Shown: piece by piece, positions 14,057-25,943 of the stretch
How positions within the stretch are numbered: position 1 is the stretch's first letter
Layout of the letters: every line of letters begins with the position of its first letter
NCBI RefSeq assembly: GCF_963506605.1
Contig: NC_083286.1
Coordinates: 33,976,001 to 34,040,000, forward strand
Direction of reading: 5' to 3'
DNA: 64,000 nucleotides
Source of the DNA: Zootoca vivipara
Taxonomy: Eukaryota
Translations under genes and position numbers: made by a program
The notes under the pieces: model-generated
The model's input: the letters and a program-made list of their open reading frames with translations, nothing else
The model's database searches: none
Told to the model about the DNA's origin: nothing

Positions 14057-14362
14057 CACTTTCTCCTTGCAACATTCCTGTCATGTAGGTTAGACTTGAG
14101 AGCTAGTGATTACCCAGTGATCTTTATTATGGAGTGAGATATAAACCTGGGAGCCTCCAGACCAAGTATGACACTCCTTTTTGGGAGTCTGTGATTGTCA
14201 TTTGGTAAGGTAAACTTTTGGAGATTATTCCTCTGTAATTTTGATAATACTGGATTTTTTGAAAAAAAAAAGGTGTCAGATGTTTGAAGTGGAAACAATG
14301 CTGGATTTAATGGAATTTACAATGGCTTACTTAAATGTGTCATTTTATTTCATTGTCTTTAG

Positions 14363-14449
14363 GAATATATTCAGATGCTTATGCCTCCATTAATCCAGAA
14401 ATGGAACATGTTGAAGGATGAAGATAAAGATCTTTTCCCTTTATTAGAG
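14363..14449 (+). CDS. TNPO1: Transportin-1 exon (~15), [29 protein letters not shown]
   Basis: TAG|...|GTATTT; 87 nt. Confidence 0.97.
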
Positions 14450-15339
14450 GTATTTGGTTGATTATTTAATTTCTTTAACGCTTAATATATTAAAAATATC
14501 TCTAAGCCGCATACAAATAAGAAGCAACAACAGACAACTTAAACAAAATATTACAAAAATACACAGTTACATATAAAAATGTTTCATTTCCTTCTGACAT
14601 TAAGCCTCTGGGTTCCTGCTGAGAGTCCAAGCAAACTCTCAGCTCACCCAGAAAAGTCTCACAATGGGAAGAGTTCCTGGAAATAGCAGACATAACGCTA
14701 GTCTCTCACTCTAGACTTGATTTTTATGGGCATGCCCAAGGTGGGTGGGAACTCTCTCAAGCTCCCCCACAGCTGTGTCCTATTCAGCTGCACTCTCCAC
14801 ACCCAGTTCCAGATAGAGCAGGTTTGTTGAGTTTTTCAGGGAACCCAGAGGAGGGAGAAAGGGCCCCAGTCCACTCACAGCTCTTTCTTCACCCTCTGTC
14901 CTCTCTTTATCCTCCTCCTCCAGCTGCAGTTTTGCAGTTTTCCTTGATATACATACGTGAGAGAAGCTTCTCCTGGGAGATTAATTCTATGCCCGTTTAC
15001 AATTCTACACCCCCTTACTTAGGAATAAACCCCATTCTGACTTGGTGGGATTATTGTCTATATGTGTAGCAGAATGCATTGAGCTCAGGATATATTTTGA
15101 GGGAAGGACACATAGGGTTGAGCTGTATCAATTAATGATGTTGGTAATTGCATGGGTCTTGGCATGGCCAAAGCTAGAACTCTGGCCACGCTGTTACGAA
15201 GTTCCTTAATTCTGCAGTTGATATACTTCAAAAAGTTGGCCTTTCTAAAAGAAATTGTAGCAAACGTGCATGCCCGCAATTGAAAGCTCATATCAGTTGA
15301 ATATCCCTGATACTCACTACTTTATCTTCTGTATTTCAG

Positions 15340-15447
15340 TGCCTATCTTCGGTTGCCACTGCCTTGCAATCTGGCTTCCTTCCATACTGTGAACCTGTGT
15401 ACCAGCGCTGTGTAAATCTGGTACAGAAGACTCTTGCACAAGCCATG
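15340..15447 (+). CDS. TNPO1: Transportin-1 exon (~16), [36 protein letters not shown]
   Basis: CAG|...|GTATTT; 108 nt. Confidence 0.97.
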
Positions 15448-15640
15448 GTATTTTTCTGTTGTTGGCCTTTGGAGGATGGGGAAATTTATCTTCAATTGGA
15501 TTTTAAGTGAAACTTGTTTTCTGGAGAGATTTGTAATATTATTTCACCAACTTAAAATAATGTTAATAGCAAAAATGGTTCATTGTATGTCACGTAATTA
15601 AGCCTTTTAAGCAGTGTCCAACTGTGTGTTTTTATTACAG

Positions 15641-15799
15641 TTGCACAATGCTCAGCCAGACCAGTATGAAGCTCCTGATAAAGACTTCATGATTGTGGCT
15701 CTTGATTTACTTAGTGGTTTAGCTGAAGGACTCGGAGGCAACATTGAACAGCTAGTGGCTCGGAGCAATATCCTGACACTCATGTACCAGTGCATGCAG
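15641..15799 (+). CDS. TNPO1: Transportin-1 exon (~17), [53 protein letters not shown]
   Basis: CAG|...|GTGAGG; 159 nt. Confidence 0.97.
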
Positions 15800-15883
15800 G
15801 TGAGGCAAATAATCCCCTTCTCCTGCCTCGCTTTTGAAATAGAATGCTTAAAAACACAAACTTACTCTGTTTCTCTCTTTTAG

Positions 15884-15976
<93 letters not shown>

Positions 15977-16467
15977 TGACTTAGCAAGGCAAATTCTTCA
16001 AATTTGGGGTCTTGTCCGTGCATGGCATCATTGTGACTAGAAATGCTCCTTCTATGTGCAAAGGGAAATTTTTGAGAGTTTTGTTTTTCCCCCTAACCGG
16101 TTTATGGTACAAAAGAGAATATATTATTGCCATCTAAGTTTGATGTAGAACTTTTCCTCCAGGACCTTGTTTCTGGCTAGGCAGTGCCTAGTATACACAT
16201 GCTTACTTTATAGCAGAAGATCCTGTTCAAAATGTTGGCAATGTCTGAAACTGCTTTTTTTGTTTTGTTTCATTGAACACTTGTGGTTGTATCTGCATCC
16301 CACTCAAATTGGTAGCTGAAATCCCTTGCTTGCAGTGGAATTGAATTTAACTTACTGGACTGTGCCATGAGTTGCTTATGACTAGGAAGAGTTTCTGGCT
16401 AGGAAAAAGTGATTGTCCTTCACATGGGTTTTCTGCTGAAGTTATATGAAACTGAACATTTGTGTGA

Positions 16468-16665
<198 letters not shown>

Positions 16666-16785
16666 TAAATTTTTTACCAGTTGTAAATTCTGGTGTTCAA
16701 TTGCGCTTATGTACCTGTTATGAAAGCATATATTCAGGTTCTTAATGAATTGTTTTATGTTGGTGTTTTTTTTCTTTCTTTCTAG

Positions 16786-16881
16786 GTATAGAGATGCAGC
16801 CTTATATTCCTATGGTCTTGCACCAGCTTGTAGAAATCATTAACAGACCCAACACACCAAAGACTTTGTTAGAAAACACAG
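16786..16881 (+). CDS. TNPO1: Transportin-1 exon (~20), [32 protein letters not shown]
   Basis: TAG|...|GTATCC; 96 nt. Confidence 0.97.
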
Positions 16882-19368
16882 GTATCCTACAACTGAACTC
16901 TTTGCAGTGAATGAAGTTATGCAGGTTTCTGTTTGTAAACCAGACTATTCAGAGAGTCGTAGGTAAACTGCATCAGTTTTAAAGGAAAAAGCAACTCAGT
17001 TTGGATGATGTTGCAAACCTCAGTCTTGCAATTAAGTGTCAGATTAAACAGATTTAATTTTCAATTAGCAGATGCTATTGATTAAGGACTTAAAGGTAGC
17101 ATAGAATTTGACTTTTTTGTACAAATTGTATGTGTGTTCTGTGCACATAGCTAATTTACAGAAGCCTTCTAACTATAGCTGGCAAGAGGATGCAAGCAAA
17201 CTGCTATTTAAAAATAAAAGAGTAGCTGACTATCATATATTATATATATCTTGCTAACTTGTTACATAGTTTATTAAATATAGCATGCTCTTAAATGGAG
17301 GCCTTAGAAATTGCAGATTGGTTGAAGATTAAAAGACCTTTTAAAATTGAGTTTGAGGCTTGTTCTGTGCTAGTAGAAAGCATGTTCTGTGTTTTTTTTT
17401 CTTTTTTAAAAAAGCTTCTCATTTTCTGAAAAATGCTAATTGTCATCTCTGACTATCTCTGTCTGCACTGTAATCTGATACCAGTGATACTAAGAATATG
17501 AATGCAGATTTATAGTTACAGCCCGAAGTGAAAATGAATGGTTACCAGAATTTCAGTCTAGACATTGATAACTTGGCCATTGCCTTCACGGCTGTGGGTG
17601 TGAGTCAGGTTATATTCTTTGCATGTTTGTTAAATATCTAGCAATGAGTGCAAAGACCGTAACAGTATATTTTATGTTAAACTGGAAGATAAGCGACATG
17701 GTAATTTGGCACATTATGTATTGCACTATTCACAGTACAAACACATGATGTGTCTTGTGGAACAATTATTTTAAATCAAAGAAGCCTCCTAGCAATAACT
17801 GGGAGTGACACCTGTACATGTTCTTTATGGTCATTGGTACATTACCTGTAGTGCTTGCTTTTTACACAGTGCAGAAGTTAAGAGACATTTGATCCCTCAC
17901 CATAACTTCTAAATATTAGTTGTAAATATCCAAAAGGCTGATACTACAGATAAATGTTGAATGTGTTGTACTTTAGGTTTGTTGTGGGATATTCTGGTGT
18001 ATACTGTAGGATGTTGTCATACTTGAAATCTCAATGCAGCATGCATCGATCTACCAAAACTAGCACCTTTTTAACATTAGAGTGCTTTTCCTAATTGGCT
18101 TCTTATGTTGTAGGCTGCTTAAGAAATGAACTCTGTAAGAGTACTTGCCCAAAATAACAGGCTTTGTAGTCTAAATTCCACTCTGTATTCTCAACCAGTA
18201 CATCATTTCCATTATTCTTTAAATAAGTAATTCCAATGGGAACTGAATGAGCTTTGCGGCCTTGTTGCCCATAGCACTGGAAGCGATCTCAAAGGTCATC
18301 TAGGTCAGTCCCTTGCTGACGCAGGAAATCCACTACTATAACATCCCTGGTAAATGGTAGGGTAGGAATTGTTAATATTAGAGGCTGATTCGTGTATAGC
18401 ACAATTGGAAAACAAAGCCGAATATTTCCTTTAGCCATATTAATTGTAATTCCATTTTATAGTGTTGGTATATCCTACACCAAATCTCATAGTGAAAAGA
18501 GCATCATCTGCTTTATTGCATGTGTTCATGAGATTGTTCACAAATGCCTGTTCTGGAGTGTTGCACAATGTCTTTTAAGCATAGGCTTCTCTGCTTCATA
18601 TGAATCTGCTGGATTTTAGTATTCATGTAGTTTGCTTCAAATAATCCTTAAACATACCCACACTCTCCCTTTTCTGAAGAATTACTCTGCGAGTTGAGAG
18701 AACACCATTAAAGCCACACAGGGTCACCGTCCAAGCAGCCTCTTCACATGAACGGCCAGGTGCCTGACAGATCAGTTCACACTGAACAGATTCTTTCATA
18801 TTTATGAAAGATATTTGACTTCAGAGATTAATTCTGACAATTGTTGAATCGTTAGATAATAAAATTAAAAGCTGCCGTATCTTGTAATGAAAAGCTAATA
18901 CAGATAGAACCCCGTGACTCCTGCTGAATTTAGCTTTTATCTTTAAAATAATTCTTTGAGCATTATGAATAGAATTCCATTTTTTTCCCTGGAAAATCTT
19001 ACATTTTAAAAGCTTACGTTACTTTGATTTTAAAATTAAGATCTGCCATTTAAAATTTAATTACAAATAGTATTTGTTCAAGGAAGCTAAGTAGCTATGG
19101 GTTTTTAACCCTGAGAAATAGGCTAGGAACTAAGTGTAATAAATAATAGTGACTTGTTACTAAAGGTGACTCAAAATACCTTTTGATTAAATAGTGTTGT
19201 CACAGTTTGAACCATATTATTTAAACTGAGCATTTGGATTTTAATTTGTGCTTTTGGTGTTCTCTCATTTGCTTAATTCCTTTTCCCCTTCTCCAAATAG
19301 TATGCCACATTTGCTACCCCTTATTTTTAGGGGTGGTAATGAACAGCACTGGTGAAATCTTATGTTAT

Positions 19369-19612
19369 NNNNNNNNNNNNNNNNNNNNNNNNNNNNNNNN
19401 NNNNNNNNNNNNNNNNNNNNNNNNNNNNNNNNNNNNNNNNNNNNNNNNNNNNNNNNNNNNNNNNNNNNNNNNNNNNNNNNNNNNNNNNNNNNNNNNNNNN
19501 NNNNNNNNNNNNNNNNNNNNNNNNNNNNNNNNNNNNNNNNNNNNNNNNNNNNNNNNNNNNNNNNNNNNNNNNNNNNNNNNNNNNNNNNNNNNNNNNNNNN
19601 NNNNNNNNNNNN
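19369..19612. other. Assembly gap (244 N), probably hiding TNPO1 exon ~21
   Basis: N run; flanking exons have incompatible phases. Confidence 0.99.
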
Positions 19613-20346
19613 TTCTTCACTTTCTTCTTTCTTTCTTCCTTCCTTTCTTTCTTTCCTCTCTCTATCTCACTTCTAGATATACTTTTCAGTTGGTTACAAA
19701 AATCACTATTCTTAATCATTGCCAACCATGTGACTAATCTTGTCCTATCAGGTTTGTGAGTTTCTTTAGCAGTACCGTCATGTATATATTTCATGTTGTG
19801 GCTAACAACTAATTAATGCATGGGATAAGATTGTCACATGCTTGATGTGTTAAAGCTTGATTATTAAAAGCATTTTTAAAAATCCACCAGTATGATGATG
19901 TGCATGCAAATAGCATAAAACGTTAAAACATCGCATTACATTACTTCAAACTCATTTGCGATTTGACTTGCTGTCTGAAATACATGTTTATAAACTTGTA
20001 CCAAAATAGCTTGCTTGCTGCTGTAAACAAGTGAGAGATGTTCTGTTCCTGGTATTTGATAGACTTCATACTGTGGCAGTATATGCTGCTTTTAGCAATG
20101 AAAGCTAATAATGATACAATGCAGAAAATAGGAATATAGGTCACTTGCACTACAAGAAAGAATTTGAAATTGGCTGATCTGGCATCTATAAAATTCTTTG
20201 GGTTTCAAATCAGGTTGAAAGTGTACAAAGTAGGGATACAAAGTAAGAAACCTGACAGTATGTGCTGCATAATCCTTAAGCTTCACTGGAACACTTATTC
20301 CATCAAATACAATACCAGCTAAAGTTGGACGCAGAGATTAATCTAA

Positions 20347-20535
<189 letters not shown>

Positions 20536-20578
20536 TGAGATGGTGGTGTGTATTTTTAGGAAAAAATCAAGACACATA

Positions 20579-20820
20579 CAGTCATACCTTGTGTTTTCTT
20601 CCGCTCTTGTTATGCACTTTCAGCTTACGAATGCGGCAAACCCAGAAGTGTTTACTTCCGAGTTTGCCGCATGCTCAGAAGCGATCTGCACGCTTCGCGC
20701 ACACGCAGAAGTGCTCGATCGCACCACACACATGCGCAGAAGAGGCGCTCTACTTGCAGACTTTTTGGGGTGCGAACGGCAACCCCAAACAAATTAGGTC
20801 CGCAACTAGAGGTACCACTG
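20579..20820. mobile_element. Tc1/mariner-type MITE
   Basis: TA|CAGTCATACCT...AGGTACCACTG|TA; CpG-rich interior. Confidence 0.8.
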
Positions 20821-21451
20821 TACTGCCCAAAGTACTGTAGGAACAATGCTGAGAGACATTAAAAAGTGAGGATCAGAGATTGGTAGGACCCTTTAAGCCA
20901 GGCATATGGTCTAAAATTTGATCCTCTGCCCCATGTTACATTATCTTATTTAGATACCAGATTTAAACTATACATATGGGATGAAACCAATGGTGTTCAC
21001 ACACAAGCTGAAGGGGCTTCTCCTTGCGCAGTGGGACTTCACCTTCCTTTCCTCCCCACTGCAGTAACTTGCACACACCCAAAATCTGTTCTAAGGACTG
21101 GGAGTCTATCCAGAACAAATTTTGAAGGAGGCAAAGTGGTGCTCCTATTGCATGAGCAGAACTGCACTCACACAGTGTTGGATCAAACCAATAATGATTC
21201 TCTAAAATGCCTCAGGAAGCTACCCCCTCTTAATTCTGTTACTCATGGTAGCCACTTCTGAAAAAATTAAATGCTGGAATTCTGCTCTGTCTTTATTTTA
21301 TTGAGGTATTGTTTGGCCGACATGTATTCAAATCCCTTTATGAATAACAGTTCTTAGATTATTGCCAGACTAGAATACCTGTAAGCAAGAACTAGATAGT
21401 GCGACTGTCAGCACCTTTATTTCTATCACTTTGTTGTCTCATTTGATTTTG

Positions 21452-21457
<6 letters not shown>

Positions 21458-21492
<35 letters not shown>
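21458..21492. repeat. (AC)n microsatellite
   Basis: Direct. Confidence 0.97.
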
Positions 21493-21494
<2 letters not shown>

Positions 21495-22881
21495 GTTTGT
21501 CGCAGTTGGCTTCAAAGAACATCAAGTGTTGGTCTGTTTCACTGTGGATTGGTCACTGCAAAATACATTGTTAATGGCTTGGTATGAGTATATACTATTT
21601 CAAATACCAGAATTGAAAGTGGACACTTCAAAATGTTAGTGTGAGTTAATTTAGTGATATGATGATGTGTTGTTCTCTCTTTAGAATGATGAGTAAAAAG
21701 AAAGGTGGGGTTGTAGTATCTAAAATCTTACATTTTGCATTCTTCAGATCAGCTTCTAACAGGAATAACTTTGAAATAAATATTTAGAGTTTAGACAGGG
21801 TGTAACTACATCTTACATGGGAGTTCTGTGATTTGGTACTCCCTACTTTTTGTCCTTTTTTGAAAGCAATGATTGGCAAGGGATATTTGGATTAGGGCCG
21901 GGGTGTGTGTGTAACCCACCACTAATTCTCTGATTTAAATCCCCTGCAGCTGTTTAGTTGCAGAAGGTAGAACTTGGGGGGGGGGGGACAATGACTTTTG
22001 GTCGAAATATTCCCACCCCCACCCCCATGACAGCTGCTTTTTCAGAAGTGGTGGCGGAAACAGTGGAAGTTCAAATTGTGAAACTCCTGCTTCTTCCTCC
22101 AGTGGGGTCAAACTAGATGCTAAGTTCAGTTCTAAAAACATTTATTGCTTAGCTTTACCATCAATGGGACTTGCTTTCAGATCAAGTGCTACAAAGAGGA
22201 ACCCTGCACATTTCTCACAGTTGATCATTTTAACCTTAACTAACTCCATTCTCCTGACCCAAGCCCCTGCGTGTGTTTCAAAATTCACATGGAGCTCTTG
22301 GAGTTACTGTCTGGAGCCCAGCTACCCATTTGAATGTTTATGCAGATCACAGATTTGTTACTGAAATCATTGCTACTGTTCCCTATAAAAAGGATACAGG
22401 AGAAGGAATTTGACATACAGTAGGTGCAAAAGGCTTCAGATTTTTTATTGGAGATAATTAAATGTTTGATGGAGAAACTATAAAATGTAGAGCTAGACCT
22501 CATCTGCACTATACTTTTAAAGCAGTATCATACCACTTTAAAGTCATTACTTCCTCCAAATAATAATCAGAACTGTAGTTTGGTATGGGTGCCGAGAGTT
22601 GTAAGGAGACTCCTCTTCCCCTCACAGAGTTAAAATTCTTGTGAGTGGTTGAACAGGGAATTTCTGAGGAAACTGGGAATTGTAGCGCTCAGCACTCTTC
22701 ACAAACTGCAGTTCCCAGGATTCTTTGGGGGGGAAGCCATGGCGATTTAAGTGGTATAAATAGCTCTTTAAATGCATAGTGCCGATAGGTCCCTAGAATT
22801 TGATTACATTGATATTTCTGTGCAGAATCTGTCTATTTGTAAGTAGTCCTCTCTAATTTGCACATTTGAAAACATTTGCAG

Positions 22882-22956
22882 GACTTTATATTTTTTTGTG
22901 ATGCTGTTGCATCATGGATTAGCCCAAAAGATGATCTTCGAGACATGTTCTGTAAG
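22882..22956 (+). CDS. TNPO1: Transportin-1 exon (~23), [25 protein letters not shown]
   Basis: CAG|...|GTAATG; 75 nt. Confidence 0.97.
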
Positions 22957-23478
22957 GTAATGAGTTATTTCACATTTTTTGCTTTATGGGGCTGTATTAT
23001 TAGAACATGTGAGGTTAGAGTGTACTTAAAGTGGCACAAAAGGAATGTAGACTATTCTGGTGTTCTGAAAAATTGCTCTACAGTATTTCTATCTGAGCAT
23101 TCATAATTAGTGGTGAATTCATTATGAGTTCTAATAGCCTGATAGCTCCTTCCAGAAACTAAGAATTGTTAATACACACAGTTCCATCACTACCCCTCTT
23201 GATCTTTTTCTAAGTAAAACAGCTGGAGAATGGAATGTGTGTGCAAGAAGAGATGAATATATGCCTAGAATCTAGGGCTTTTTGATGGAAGATAAACTTG
23301 TAGCTCAAATAGAACTCATTTTTAAAAAGAAGTTTTGGATCTAGTATGTGACTTTTTGCAGACACTGTAACCATTAGCAATGTGCATCTAGTTTTTCTGT
23401 TGTCAGATGGTCACTCTTCTAAGACTTTTCATTTAGTTGGTTTTTGAAGAAAACATTTAACTTTCTGCTCCCCTTTAG

Positions 23479-23586
23479 ATCCTTCATGGATTTAAAAATC
23501 AAGTTGGAGATGAAAATTGGAGGCGTTTCTCTGACCAGTTTCCTGTTCCCTTAAAAGAACGCCTTGCAGCTTACTATGGAGTTTAA
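23479..23586 (+). CDS. TNPO1: Transportin-1 last coding exon (~24), [35 protein letters not shown]; exon continues as UTR to the donor after 23621
   Basis: TAG acceptor, TAA stop at 23584-23586, GTAAGC donor at 23622. Confidence 0.97.
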   Translation: MLHGFKNQVGDENWRRFSDQFPVPLKERLAAYYGV

Positions 23587-25184
23587 CCTAAAGTATTCAA
23601 GCTGCAGTACCATAATGAGGGGTAAGCTGGGTTGATTTTCAAGACTCCTCCCTTTTTCCAGTGCATGAATTGTTCTTTATTGTGTATGTTGACTGGTAGA
23701 TAAACTGAAGTTTTAATCTCCCTCAAATAACCATGTCTCTTCACCTATTTAGCAACAGCTAATGGAGGAGACTCATTTAGTAGATTTTGTTTGTTCATTT
23801 ATTCCAGGACTGGGGACCTTTTTGGCCCCACTTATCAGGATCAGTATGGCGTTGCTCATCTGCCTTCCAAACACCAAGTGTTGCTGTCAGTTTCTGAGAG
23901 GGAGAGGTGGGGAGCTCAACATAGTGTGGGCACAGCAGTGCAGCTAATCTGACAACCCTACTGCCGCACTGAGTCACCTGCACCTTGCCCCTCTCTGTAA
24001 TCGGCAGTGATGGCTGGTGAAGGCAAGTGAGCATCGCTGTACTGCCCCACCAATCACTACTACTTGCAGGCCAAATTGGACACATCACCTAGCATGGCAA
24101 ATGATTTGGTGCTTTCAAGTCCCTATGTCAGCACTTCAAAGTACAGCCAAATGGAGCAGGTGCAGGTCCCTTCAGCATCTATAGCAAACAAGATTGGCCA
24201 CCCCAAGTTATCAGCTGATGCACAGGTGTACAATCTTCTTTTATACAAAGTTTCAGAAGCTCCCAAGAACCAGCTGGTTGGTGAGCACTTTGAAAGGTGT
24301 GCAAGGGGGTTTGCAGACACTGCCGATCACCATGCCTTCAAAGCCCCTTTTGGCCGAGCTCCCACCCTTGCCTGCTCCACATTGATGTCAGGTGCAGGGT
24401 AGGTGAGCATGGCTTGACTAAAATAGCCTCATGGGTCAAATGGGGAAGACTCATAGGCCAAATCTGGCCTGTGGGTTGGAGGTTCCCCGGATTTATTCCT
24501 TCTCATGGAAACATGCCAAAGGCCATAAACTGCTGCATTCTCTTTATTCAGCATTCTCTTTATTCAGCTGAGCTAAGCCCATAGCTAGTTTCTCTTCTGC
24601 AAGCTTTTTTTGTTGACTTCACATTTTTTTAAATTACCTTATGGAACCTTCCATACCCTTGCATGGGTACAAAGCAGTCTTCATATATGAAGTGCAAGAG
24701 TTGCAGAGGTGAAACTTCCAACCATTAATGGTCATTACTTATCTTCTTCCATGGTCTCTTCTGAAGGGTTACGGGTTCTTCCTGCAAAATCCCACCTCAT
24801 GGAAGAGAAGCCACACCCCTCATTTACTCCTTGAAGAACTTGGGGTGAAGATCAAGGCTTTTGCAGGAAGGACAGGGACAGTTGCCAAGTGAGGAAGAGT
24901 TGTTTGCTGCAAGCAAGGAAATGAATTTATGGCATCTGCACATAGAATCATTGATAGCAGGGTGACCCTTTATCCGTATCACATGGAATTTGCCCCCTTT
25001 CTGTTGGCAGGGGCTGAAATAGAGGGAAATATATCTGATACCTTAATTCTAGTAGTTCTGCATATAGCTTTATAACTATCCTGCTAGAAGTTTTGTCAGT
25101 TGCTTGTCTGGGACAAACATCACAATGGTATGAGCTTTCAGTAAAACGTCATAGGTGATGTTTTAAACCCAGAATGATTTAAAG

Positions 25185-25322
25185 CAGTGTTTCTCAACCA
25201 GTGTGCCTCCAGATGTTTTGGGACTACAACTCCCATCATTCCTGACCACTGGTCTTGCTAGCTAGGGATGATGGGAGTTGTAGTCCCAAAACATCTGGAG
25301 GCACACTGGTTGAGAAACACTG
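25185..25322. mobile_element. Palindromic hAT-type MITE
   Basis: Inverted arms of ~50 bp (CAGTGTTTCTCAACC...GGTTGAGAAACACTG); 8-bp TSD ATTTAAAG at 25177-25184 and 25323-25330. Confidence 0.93.
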
Positions 25323-25500
25323 ATTTAAAGTATGTAGAAGAGTCTACTTCAGGAGCATAGAATCATAGAGTTGGAAGGTACTAGAGTAGAAAGGGGAGAG
25401 TACCACCTGCGAAAACTGCTTGTCATTTGCTAATAAAAAGAAAGGAAATAGAACATCACTCTAAATATATTAGTACTGCTTCTCTTGGAGGTTCACATTG

Positions 25501-25822
25501 GGGAAGGGCCGTAGCTTAGTGCAGGCTTCCTCAACCTCGGCCCTCCAGATGTTTTTGGCCTACAACTCCCATGATCCCCAGCTAGCAGGACCAGTGGTCA
25601 GGGATGATGGGAATTGTAGTCTCAAAACATCTGGAGGGCTGAGCTTGAGGAAGCCTGGCTTAGTGTATGCAGAAAGTCCCAAGTTCAATCCTCGGCATCT
25701 CCAAAGAAGTTTGGGAATGGCCCTTGGCTGAAACGCTTGTGAATTGCTGTCAGTTGGTGTAGGCAGTACTGAGTTGGATGGACCCTGAAGGTTTGTCTCT
25801 GCATAAGGCAGCTTCTTATGTT
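25501..25822 (+). mobile_element. tRNA-derived squamate SINE (Squam3-like), interrupted by a MITE
   Basis: GGGAAGGGCCGTAGCTTAGTG (A box), AGTTCAATCC (B box), CR1-like tail ...GGCAGCTTCTTATGTT. Confidence 0.75.
25522..25657. mobile_element. Palindromic hAT-type MITE inserted in the SINE A box
   Basis: TIRs CAGGCTTCCTCAA / TTGAGGAAGCCTG; 8-bp TSD GCTTAGTG at 25514-25521 and 25658-25665. Confidence 0.92.
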
Positions 25823-25943
25823 TTTAACATAATCACTTTGCATTTTTGGCTATGTATTCAGATAGTGGTGTATTTAGTAATAACATTATTTTAAAACACT
25901 TGCTTTCTGAACACTAAATCTGTGACTTGCTTGCTTCTTTCAG

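Noticed and set aside
17699-17745. TATTGCACT resembling the 5' end of a miR-25/92 family miRNA
   Set aside because: Remaining sequence does not match the mature miRNAs I know and no pre-miRNA stem is evident
19677-19751. Possible exon after a strong pyrimidine tract, as a substitute for missing exon ~21
   Set aside because: The tract is a (CTTT)n microsatellite; the translation has no similarity to the expected peptide and 75 nt does not fix the phase mismatch
19234-19794. ORFs of 100-170 aa spanning N runs (also at ~30950-31200 and ~63180-63600)
   Set aside because: Artefacts of translating assembly gaps
19892-19978. C/D-box snoRNA-like pattern (ATGATGA...CTGA, 87 nt)
   Set aside because: No terminal stem, no clear C'/D' boxes and no convincing rRNA antisense element by eye; a snoScan/Infernal search would be needed
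24064-24402. 112-aa ORF in the TNPO1 3'-UTR intron
   Set aside because: No recognisable domain or splice signals; lies between degenerate hAT-like termini (~23804 and ~24490)
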